Assembly (NCBI GenBank): GCA_951406725.2
Contig: OX597836.1
Location: 22,134,001-22,198,000 of the forward strand
DNA length: 64,000 bases
Reading direction: 5' to 3'
Source of the DNA: Octopus vulgaris
Taxonomy: Eukaryota
Shown: positions 41,297 through 52,880 of the stretch, one piece after another
Position numbering within the stretch: the stretch's first letter is position 1
How the letters are laid out: each line of letters opens with the position of its first letter
Position numbers and translations under genes: made by a program
The notes under the pieces: model-generated
Told to the model about the DNA's origin: nothing
What the model saw: the letters and a program-made list of their open reading frames with translations, nothing else
The model's database searches: none

Positions 41297-41617
41297 TCTC
41301 CAGACCGGGCGTTGTGAGTGTTTATTGAGCGAAAACACCTAAAAGCTCCACGAGGCTCCGGCAGGGATGGTGGTGATCCCTGCTGTACTCTTTCACCACA
41401 ACTTTCTCTCACTCTTACTTCCTGTTTCTGTTGTACCTGTATTTCAAAAGGCCGGCCTTGTCACTCTCTGTGTCACGCTGAATATCCCCGAGAACTACGT
41501 TAAGGGTACACGTGTCTGTGGAGTACTCAGCCACTTACACGTTAATTTCACGAGCAGGCTGTTCCGTTGATCGGATCAACCGGAACCCTCGTCGTCGTAA
41601 CCGACGGAGTGCTTCCA
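41297..41617 (+). mobile_element. tRNA-derived SINE family C, 5'-truncated
   Basis: Near-identical to 58668-58983. Flanked by atagtaaattct / atagtgaattct. Confidence 0.85.
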
Positions 41618-43121
41618 TAGTGAATTCTATATTTGCCCCCCAGGGTAAACTAAAATCAACATAAGGTCTGTTAATAGGATTAGATCATCTTCATTATCAT
41701 CATCATCATCATTTTAATGTTCACTTTTCCATAGTTTGCATGGGCCAGGTGGAATTTGTTGGGACAGATTTTCTATGGCAGATGTTGATGGTTTGTCTAG
41801 AAGGAATTATTAGTCCAGTATCATCTGGAGTCTGCTTGATGACTTTCTTACAAGCTCACAACAGTCATGTGATGTCAAAATGAAGAGGCATACACACACA
41901 CACACACCTACATACACACAGTTTTGTCTGGTATACCGACAATTCTGTCAGCTTGCTCCCTTGATGATAATGATAATAATGGTTTCAAATTTTGCCACAA
42001 TGGCAGCAATTTTGGGGGAGGGGTTAAGTCAATTACATTGACCCCCAGTGTTCAATTGGTACTTATTTTATTGACCCTGAAAGGATGAAAGGTAAAGTCA
42101 ACCTTGGTGGAATTTGAACTCAGAATGTAGTGACAGGCAACATACCACTAAGCATTTAGTCTGGTGAGTTAATGGTTCTAAATAATAATAATAATAATAA
42201 TAATGATGATAATAATAATAATAATAATAAGCTATGACAGGCTTCTTTCAGTTTCCATCAGCCAAATCCACTCACAAACTGAAAGAAGCCTGTCATAGAT
42301 GTATGTGTCTTTGTGTCTGTGTTTGTCCCCCACCACTATTTGACAACTAGTGTTGGTTTGTTTATGTCCCTGTATCTTTTACTGAACCACTAAGTTATGG
42401 GGATGTAAACACACCAAGGCTATATAGTAGAAAAGAACTGCCCAAGGTGTCATGTAGCAGTTTTGAACCTGGAACCATTTGGTTGGCTGGCAAGCTTCTT
42501 ACCGCACCAGCCATGCCTGAACCTAGAGTCAGTTTTGACATTTATTCTAGGGAGTCTGATTCTGTAGACTGTGTTCCCTCTCCCCACTCTTCCTAAAATC
42601 TGATTTTGTTGACAGGCCCTAACCCCCACTTTAAAAATCAGATCAATTCTGTTGCACCTTCTCTCCCCCACATTTTAAAAATAAGTTCCATCGTTACATA
42701 ATTAATAAACCAATGATGACATAAGCCAATGAAGGAGCTTTTGCGTGGTTGATAGACCTGCTTGAAATACCAGCCAAATTTCCTTCATATCAGTCACTAT
42801 TGTCTTCAGAAAGGAAGAATACATTGGATAATGTAATCCTAGATACACTGTGTCCAGGGGAGGAAAAAAATGGGATGGTTATGGTTGGAATGCCTTTGAT
42901 CATAAATCTACAGTACTGGGACTGACCTGGGGCTAAACAACAAAAACAACATTTATGATGATGATAGCAGTAATTGTTATGGATTGGATGATGGAAGAGT
43001 AAGTCTGTATGTGTGAGGTGATAACTGTTGCGAAAGTGGTGGTGGTCACGATGAGGAAAATGGAGATGGTGGTGGTGATTGTGTCTTAATTGTGATGGGG
43101 GTGGTTAATGGATGGTGTTGT

Positions 43122-43455
43122 GAAGGCGCATGGCTCAGTGGTTAGAGTATCGAGCTTACGATCATGAGGTTGTGAGATCGATTACCAGACCAGGCTGCGT
43201 GTTGTGTTCTTGAGCAAGACACTCTATTTCACGTTGCTCCAGTTCACTCAGCTGTAGAAATTAGTTGCGACATCACTGGTGCCAAGCTGTATCGGCCTTT
43301 GCCTTTCCCTTGGATAACATCAGTAGCATGGAGAGGGGAGGCTGGAATGCATGGGCAACTGTTGGTCTTCCATAAACAACCTTGCCCGGACTTGTGCCTT
43401 GGAGGGTAATTTTCTAGGTGCAATCCCATGGTCATTCATGACCAAAGGGGGTCTC
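43122..43455 (+). mobile_element. tRNA-derived CORE-like SINE family E (second copy at 13161-13451)
   Basis: tggctcagtggttagag A-box, cttgagcaagacact core, shared 3' end gaccRaagggggtctc. Confidence 0.8.
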
Positions 43456-46400
43456 CCAGTTGATGGTGTTAGAAACAAGCGGTGAATATGGTGAAGATGA
43501 TAATGACAATGATAATGAGGAAAAGATGTTGATGAAAATGAGGTGATGACAATTTGAATGACAGTGACGGTGATGACAAAGGTGATTATGGTGACAACAC
43601 TGATAACAATGATGATTATGATGATGAAGGTGTCATTGGTGATAACATTGATGACAAAGATGATGATGATTATGCTGACGGAAATAGGGGATGGTTAATT
43701 GCCTGAGTTAGAAATGAGTGATGAATATGAAGAAGAAGACAATGACAACAACAACAGTAATGATGATGACAACAATAATGATGATAATGATGTTGATGAA
43801 AATGAGTTTGATGATGATGTGATGGTGTTGGTGATAATGTTAATGATAGTGATAATGATGATGACAAAGGTGATTATGATGACAACAATAACATTGATGA
43901 TGATGATGGTGGTGATTATGACAATGGTAATAGTGGATGGTTAAATGATGGTGTTAGAAATAAGTGATGAAAACGAAGTTGATGACAATATGATGGTGTT
44001 GGTGATGACAATGTTGATGACGATGACAGGTGATTATTATGATGACAATGACAATGATGGTGATGATGATGATGATAATGATGGTGGTGGTAATAATTAC
44101 AACAATGGCAATAGTGGGTGGTTGATAGCTGGTGCTAGAAACCAATGATGACAGTGTTAATAAAGATGACGATGATGCTGATGACAATGCTAACGAGGAG
44201 CCGATGACGACGGCAGGACAATGTTATAACTCAAACAGTGAGACTGTCAGTGTGAACTAGCTGAGAAATTCATTTTAGCTTTAATGTTCGTGACTGAAAG
44301 TTGATATCCACATAAATGGTTATAGACACCATTTACGATGGTGGGTGATGTGGTTTGGGCAGGGTAGATGATGGGGGACGACAGAACCACTGTTGTTGTT
44401 GTTGTTGTTGTTGTTCATGTGACTGAGAAACAAACTGTACAGTGGTTTATTATATGGGGCTATATAGCATGGTAGTCTCAGCATGGTGGTGGTAGTGTTA
44501 GTACTGTGGTTGTTGCGATAAGTGGTGGTGTTGGTGCTATTGATGTTAGTGTTGTTGGGGATGGCAGTGATTGTAGTGGTGGTGGTAGTGTACGTGTTCA
44601 GAAGAGTGGTGATGTTGTTGATGGTGGTATCTTTGTGATTACCTTATCTTTTATCTTTCACTTGTTTCACTCGGTAGGCTGTGGCCATGCTGGGGCACCA
44701 CTTTGAAGAATTTTTAGTCTAATGAATCAACCCCAGAACTTATTTATTTTTGAAATCCTACTTTAGGCACAAGGCCCAAAATTTTGTGGGAGAGGGTCTG
44801 TCAATTAGATTAACCCCAGTATGCAACTGATACTTAATTTATCGACCCCAAAAGAATGAAAGGCAAAGTTGACTCAGCAGAATTTAATATCAGGAAATAT
44901 TGCAATACATACCATAATTATAATTTAACCCTTACCAAATTTCTTGGTGCTTATTCAAAATGGTAAAATGAATACTCTACTTGTTTCAGTCATTTGACTG
45001 CTCCAGAGCACCGCCTTTAGTCGAGCAAATTGGCCCCAGGACTTATTCTTTGTAAGCCTAGTACTTATTCTATTGGTCTCTGAAGCGCTAAGTTACGGGG
45101 ACGTAAACACACTAGCATCAGTTGTCAGGGGATGTTGGGGGAGGGGTGACAAACACAGACACACACATACATACATGTATATATATATACATATATACGA
45201 TGGACTTCTTTCAGTTTCCGTCTACCAAATCTATTCTCAAGGTTTTGGTCGGCCCAAGGCTATAGTAGAAGACACTTACCCAAGGTGCCATGCAGTGGGA
45301 CTGAACCCGGAACCATTTGGTTGGTAAGCAAGCTACTTACCACAGCCACTCCTATGCCTATAATACTAATTTTTAAAAGAAGAAACATGCAGGATCAGGC
45401 ATTCCAATTTGGTCATTCATAATTATTTTAAACATAGTTGTAATCATGGAGTGAAGGTGCAATGGCTTAGTGGTTAGGGTATTTGATTAGCAGTTTTAAC
45501 CTTGCGAGTTCAATTCCAGGACTGGGCTGTTTGTTGTGTCCTTGAGCAAGACACTTTATTTCACATTGCTCCATTTCACTCACCAGGCAAAAATGAGTTG
45601 TACCTGTAATTCAAAGGACCAGCCTTGTCATATCCTGTGTCACACTGAATCCCACGTTAAGGGTACGCGTGTCTATGGAGTACTCAGCCATTAATTTCAT
45701 GAGTAGGCTGCTTCGTTGATCAGATCAACCGGAACCCTTGTTGTCATAACTGATGGAGTGCCCAGTTTTTAGATGCCATCATCATTTAATGTCCATGTTT
45801 CATACTGGCATTGGTTGAACAGTTTAACGAGATCTGATGGGTTCAAGAACTCCATTGTGCACCAATGTCTGATTCAGCACAGTTTTTGCAGCTGGATGTC
45901 AACCACTTTACTACAGTGTGTACTGCATGCTTTTTCTTATTTCTTTATTGCCCACCAGGGGCAAGCATAGAGAGGACAAACAAGGACAGACAAAGGGATT
46001 AAGTTGATTACATCGATCCTAGTGCGTAACTAGTACTTAATTTATCTACCCCGAAAGGATGGAGGGCAAAGTCGACCTCGGTAGAATTTGAACTCAAAAC
46101 GTAAAGACAGACGATATACGGCTAGGCATTTCGCCCGGCGTGCTGAACTTTCTGCCAGCTCGCCGCCTTTTTCAATGCCACCAGCATAGAAACTGCATGC
46201 TTTTTCTATGCTGCCAGCACTAATGAGATTGCTATGTTGCTTACCAATCACTTTACAGTTGCTTGCATAGCCAGATATGTCACTCGACCTGTCAAATCTT
46301 TTCAGCTTTCTGATTCTCACACCACCACTTGCCTATTTACTGTACCATGCCCCCACACCACACCCTGCAATGGGAAATGGCACTTGATCTATCCATATTC

Positions 46401-46543
46401 AATCCACCCTGATAGTCACTTTACAGTGTGTACTGCATGCTTTTTTCATGCTAATGAGGTTGCCATGTAGCTTGTATGATTTGTAGACATGTAGTCATAC
46501 AACCCTGAAAGGAAAGCTTTAAACTAAGAGATGCAAGTTTGGA

Positions 46544-47347
46544 CAAGTGGTTCTAAACTATTTTTACCTATGGATTCCTTTGATTACTATTTTATTCTAT
46601 TTTAAAGGCGGCGAGCTGGCAGAAACGTTAGCACGCCAGGCGAAATGCATAGCCGTATTTCGTCTGTCGTTACATTCTGAGTTCAAATTCCGCCAAGGTC
46701 GACTTCGCCTTTCATCCTTTCGGGGTCGATAAATAAAGAACCAGTTTCCAACTGGGGTCGATGTAATCGACTTAATCCCTTTGTCTGTCCTTGTTTGTCC
46801 CCTCTATGTTTAGCCCCTTGTGGGCAGTAAAGAAATATGTTTTATTCTGGTGGACCCCACTCCATAGATATTCAATGTTTAAAAACTTATTTTATAGAAA
46901 ATTCTTTCAAAATTTCTATTTTGTTTTTCACACATTAACTTGTGTAAGTTGAACTATCTAACTAGCTGTTTCTTGCAATACATACCTATTTCTTTACTAC
47001 CCACAAGGGGCTAAACACAGAGAGGACAAATAAGGACAGACAAACGGATTAAGTCGATTATATCGACCCCAGTGCGTAACTGGTACTTATTTAATCGAGC
47101 CCGAAAGGATGAAAGGCAAAGTTGACCTCGGCGGAATTTGAACTCAGAACGTAGCGGCAGACGAAATACCGCTAAGCATTTCGGCCGGTGTGCTAACGTT
47201 TCTGCCAGCTCTTGCAATACATACCAATACATGAAGCGAAAGCAAATTTTTTTTCAGGGGCCCTTAAAATGCTATTGTGGATTCCCCATTTATTTTGTTG
47301 CACAGACCCCACAAAATCTTATATGGACTCTGGTTGAGAACCACTTG
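46544..47347. mobile_element. hAT-like MITE carrying two nested, oppositely oriented MetaSINEs (46607-46837 +, 46987-47209 -)
   Basis: TIRs caagtggttct / agaaccacttg. The second SINE has the 16-bp TSD tcttgcaatacatacc. Confidence 0.65.
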
Positions 47348-49993
47348 GCTAGAGTAGGAGAGAAATGTACAAAGCTGTAAAGGAGCTACATCATAGATGG
47401 GAGTGACTGGGTAGAGATAAAAATAATGGGAATGGGGTACCAGAGTGGATGTAAGTAATTACTTTAAATCCATTTTCCATACCAGCATGGTTGGGGTGAG
47501 TTGTCCTCACAATCTGTGTTTATTCTTAATAGGGGTCACTTCCCCACTAGACAGGTTAGTAAAACACTTACATAGATTTTTGTATAATTTCTCCATTATA
47601 TATAGATATCTGTCTGTGTGTTTTTCCTCCCATCACCACTTGACAACCAGTGTTGGTGTGTTTACATCCCTGTAACTTAGTGGTTCAGCAAAAGATGCCA
47701 ATAGTATAAGTACCAGACTTAACAAAATTAAGTAGTGGGGTTGATTCATTCAACTAAAAATTCAAGGTGGTGCCCCAGCATGGCCACAGTCTAATGAATG
47801 AAACAAGCAAAAGATAAAAGAAAGGATACACATAAATGAAAATAAACAAAACTCTTATGATTATTTTACTTTTATTTATATTTTTATTATCATTTTTTAA
47901 AACTAAATTATATATATAGTAAAGATTGCATTTCATTTGTCTTTTCTTCCGATTTTTCAAATTCAATATTTTTTTTTTCCAATATCATTTTTATTTTTTT
48001 TCAGTTCAATTCAGTTTTCAATTCCGGGTTGTTTTTGTTCATTTCATTTCATTTTATTTTATTGTTTGTGTCTTTCTTTCCATTACTGAATCACACAACT
48101 GTGGCTCCCCACCATCTCTCTCTCTCTCACTCTATCTGTCTATCCACCTGTCTGTGTGTCTGTCACTTAGTTGCAAGACAGAGATAGACAAACAGACAGA
48201 ACAAGATGAATGGAGTGGTGACATTAAAGGGAAGATAAAGAAAAAAAAAAAAGAGGGGGTACATATTTACTTACCTACCCCCTCTTTTCTTTCTAACTGA
48301 AAATTTTTCAAAAACAGAAAAAAAAGGAAAAAACTTTAAAAAATACCATTTTAAAAACATGCCCCCCCCCTCTTTCTCTCTCTTCCTCATCAATTCATCA
48401 GCTTGCACCCCCTGTACAAAATTATTTTAAAAGTGTAAAACAACAACAATAGAAGATAAAAAATAAATTTTAAAATGTTAAGACACACTTTGTCTACTTA
48501 GTAAATAAAACCCTTAATATCTCAGTCACCTCCAGAAAGATGGTGTACTGGCACCACTCCAAGACTTTTGGTTACATCACTCCTCTCTCTCTGCTTTTGA
48601 CATGCCATTCACCTCCCCCATCCCACTTCTTTTTCTTTCTTTCTTTCTCTCGCTCTCTCTCTCTCCCCCACCTCCATCACTGCTCTGTTGCTTTCTTTCT
48701 TTCTTTCACTTCTCCTACTCCCCGGCTCTCTTAACTTTGCTCCACTCTGTCTCCGCCACAACCAACCAGCACTCCACACATCACTCAACCTTGAGGGGAG
48801 AAGACAGAGAAGGTAAATAAATTAACCTCCTCATCCAAAAAAACAATACAAAAAACAAAAAAAAAAGAAAGAAAAACAGGAATTTGTTACTGTTGAAGAA
48901 ATTGTTTTGAAGACGGAAGGAGAGGTTGAGGAGTCAGGAATAGGATTAGCTAATTTCTATATCCCTAAATCCAATATTCATTTTCTCGATCTACCCCCAC
49001 CTCCCCTGCCACTTTTGAATGACATGGTGGTGGTAGGGGAATCTATTGATTCAATTCCTGTCTCAAATACTTTACAGGAATATCAAATGTCCCCCCTCCT
49101 CTTTCATCTTTTGCAGAAGAGGGGGAAACAAGCAAAGTTGACCTTGGCAGGATTTGAACTCAGAACAAAAGGGTCCATAGCTAAATACCACACCAGCATT
49201 AGTTGTGGTACACTGACCGGTTCTGCCACCCACCATTTATGATGTTCATTTTAAACTTACACTGCACTCAAACTCTCACCCCCCACTTCTCTATCATCTA
49301 TCTATCCTTTTACTTTCATTTCAACCATCACACTTTCCCTTCCTCCCACCATTACTCTCTCTCTCTCCCTCTCATCACGATACTCTTTTGTTCTGACCAC
49401 TCAATGGTCAATGCCAATGCCAGTCATTTGATACAATCAAGAATCAACCAATCACCCCTCTACCACCACCACCACCACTATGTTCTCAATAAACATCACC
49501 TATTGGTCTGTGACATCCAGTCTCACCTCTTCATCACTCTTTTTCAGTCTCCATCACCTCTTTTTCTATCTGGTTTTAACCCTCTCATCCACACCACCAT
49601 ACATATTCAGTAGTCCTACCTATTTCTTTACTACCCACAAGGTGCTAAACACAGAGAGGACAAACAAGGACAGACAAATGGATTAATTCGATTATATCGA
49701 CCCCAGTGCATAACTGGTACTTATTTAATCGACCCCGAAAGGATGAAAGGTAAAGTTGACCACAGCGGAATTTGAACTCAGAACGTAGCGGCAGACAAAA
49801 TATCGCTAAGCATTTCGCCCGGCATGCTAACGTTTCTGCCAGCTTGCTGCCTCCATATTCAGTAACCCTACCTGTCTGTCTGTCCCCTCTCCCATCACTA
49901 TCTACTTTATTTATTACCCTACCACTCTATATTCATCTATGACCCTCTCAGTCATTGGAGTAATAGCTTATCTTTCTCTAGGCAGATTATATA

Positions 49994-50159
49994 TACCCTA
50001 TTTTAACGCTTATAAGGAACCCCCTAATTTTTGGGGCTTCAAATTTGGAAAAAAAGGTTTTGTAAGGGATTATAGTACTATCCATGTGTAGTAAACTCCC
50101 ATATTTTTAAACCTAATTTTTGACAAAAATGGGTTCCTTAAACATGTTAAAATATGGTA
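49994..50159. mobile_element. Tigger/pogo-like MITE
   Basis: TIRs taccctattttaac..taaggaaccc / gggttcctta..gttaaaatatggta in a TA context. Confidence 0.7.
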
Positions 50160-50312
50160 TATATATTTAATTTAGGCATTGCAAGACTAATAACCTGGCG
50201 TAGAACTCAGTGTATATATGCTTCAGAATGGTAATAAGAAAATGAGATGACAAAGGAACAAAGAATTATCTTATGAACTTCATAAGATATTCCTTTGTCA
50301 TATATATATTAT

Positions 50313-50762
50313 TTATATTAAGAGCATTACTATACATAAATGCCTCATGCTAAGAAGGACTCTTAAAGTCAAAACTACCATAATTAACACATTGTACTGA
50401 ACACAAGGGAATGCAATTCTCGAAGCGAGCTTTTTAAAAATTCGAAAAGCCCACCTCTTACATAGATATATGTGTGAACAATTCTATGTACTATGCTGGA
50501 CATGTTTGGTGTTCGTCTGGTTTGTTGATTTTTTTGTTGTTCATTTTTATGTGTCTTGATTATGCATGCACTGACAATTAAAAAGTGCATTTTGTGCACT
50601 AATTATGAAATATGATCTGCAGCTGAATCTGTTTTAAAAGTCTCGCTTCGAGAGTTGCATTCCCTCGCGTGCGGTACAATCTGTTTATTATTTATTGTAC
50701 TTTTGACTTTAAGAGTCCCTCCTGACATAAGGCATTTATGTATAGTAATGCCCTTAATATAA
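50313..50762. mobile_element. MITE with ~130-bp terminal inverted repeats
   Basis: ttatattaagagcattactatacataaatgcc...ctcgaagcgag is mirrored by ctcgcttcgag...ggcatttatgtatagtaatgcccttaatataa. Confidence 0.8.
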
Positions 50763-52786
50763 GTAAATATATTTAAAGTGAATGATTAATAAATTTTTCC
50801 CTTATGAGGTTTTGCACGCTAACTACTTGATAATTTCTTATAATAATTTTATCCTATTCTTAAATTGTATGTATGATTGATTCAATAATCAGTACAGGTG
50901 GATTTGGTAGGCAGAAACTGAAAGAAGCCTGTCGTATGTATGTATATATGAGTGTGTGTGTGTCTTTGTTTGTCCACCACCAGCATTTGACAACTGGTGT
51001 TGGTGTGTTTAAGTCCCCATAACTTAGCAGTTTGGCAGAAGAGCTGATAGAATAAGTAACAGGTTTACAAAGAGTAAATAAATAAATACTGGGGTTGACT
51101 TATTTGACTGAAAATTCTTCAATGTGGTTACCCCAGCATGACTGCAATCTAAAGACTGAAACAAGTGAAAAAACAAAAAGCTACAGAGTGCTAATACATG
51201 AAACTCTCAGTCTTTGAGTCATTCTGTAACTTCTGCTTATTATTAACAAAATTATACATACATACATACACACACACACTAGTATACTTTCCACTGGTCA
51301 ATCAAATCTATTAAGACATATTAATCATATTCTCTCCACTTATCTAGTCTTCGTCTATGACCACCACCAGAAATAGGATAATTAGCCTAACTCTATTCTT
51401 CCTTAATTTTGTGGAAGCCGTCACCCACCCCATGCCTAACTCAAACTTTCTTTACTTTCAGCTCCTCCGCCACCTTAATGGCCTTCCCCTGTATCCTCCA
51501 CTTCCCACCTTCCTCCATTCTTTAAACCCTTAGACACCTTCCTATCTCAAAAGACTCTTCTTCTTGCACTTTCCCCATCATCACCAATATATATATATTT
51601 TTACTTCAGCACTTCTCTCTCTAATCTCTCTAACAATTCTGCCCACATCTCACCGACTCTCAAAGCCCAGCAGCATATCTTTGCACCCTTACTCAGACAC
51701 AATCCAGTCTACCTGGACTCATTCATCTTCTTCACCCACTCTTGTCACATATGCTTACCACAACCACCACTACTCTACTAAAAAAACAGAGATGGTGGTG
51801 AGAAAGAAAACAAAAGCCAAGACATACTGGAAGGACAACACATCATTTCCTACACTTGTTTTTTTCGTTGGTCACATTCTCCCTGCCTTCACCCCACCCC
51901 CAGAATAACAGTTGCAGAGAGAGAGAGAGAGAAAAGAGAGAGAGACAGCTGTTTCATTTCTCGTTATTTACCATACATCTAATTGGATTATATATATATA
52001 TATTATATATACATATATATATAAAGCCCAAACAGCAGTCCTTTTTTTCGTCAGATTTTTTCATCTTTTGTTTTCTTTTTGTTGAGATGGTAGTAGTAGT
52101 AGTATTAGCAGTAATTGTAGTAGTATTCTATGTCACCATAATGCTTATGAGAAAAAGAAAAAAAAATATGAGCAATAATGTGGACACAGTTACAGCCAGT
52201 GGTCTGTGACAAGCTCCACTAGTTTGTGATAGGGGAGCCAGCCAGTTTGTTACACATTGTTGGCTGTCACAAACTGGTGTGTGATCAATGTAGGATGTGT
52301 AGAAGTTGTGTGTGACTGTATATGTGACATCTCACAAAGTGTAACAGTGAAGGCTTATGCAAAATATCTGGTCAGATTCTGTATAAGTGTGAGACCAGAT
52401 GGCTGTGTGTCAAAACAGCTTGTAACAATATGTAACACAGCTCACATGAAGTGTGGCAGTTCGTGTTGTATGTGACAAAGCATGACAGCACACAGTGCAA
52501 CAAACCCACAGAATGATGTGACTTCTGTGTTGTGACACGTTACATACTGTAAAGCTGTTACATAATGTGTGACAGGGCTCAAAGTGTAACTTGGACCGAA
52601 ACAGTTAGAGGCCCATGCGAAGTATGAAGTAGTAAAAGAATTTAAAAAAAAATTCAGAGAGAAGAGGAGGCTGTCATTCAGTACTCAGTAGTAGTCAGAG
52701 ATTTGTGTATGCATGTGTGGTGTGTTTATGGAGATATGTGTGTGTCTGTGTGTATTGGTGTAATTAACTCAGTCCAGCAAAGGTGG

Positions 52787-52880
52787 TTAGCATTTCTCTG
52801 CCCCTTGTTCACTCTCCATCCGACTGAAAACACGTAATCTGCGGGCACTGCTGGTGGCACATTTGACCACTTCAATCCAT
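52787..52880 (-). CDS. FARP2: FARP last coding exon: WIEVVKCATSSARRLRVFSRMESEQGAEKC*
   Basis: Acceptor gttacag|A completes R-W-I-E-V, the end of the PH domain. TAA at 52789-52787. Confidence 0.9.

Noticed and set aside
41318-41570. Near-identical ORFs here and at 58614-58935 suggesting a duplicated gene
   Set aside because: Both are chance frames in two young copies of SINE family C.
43490-44190. Asp/Asn/Met-rich ORFs resembling acidic biomineral proteins
   Set aside because: Degenerate (GAT/GAC)n tract with stops in all frames and no splice or signal-peptide support.
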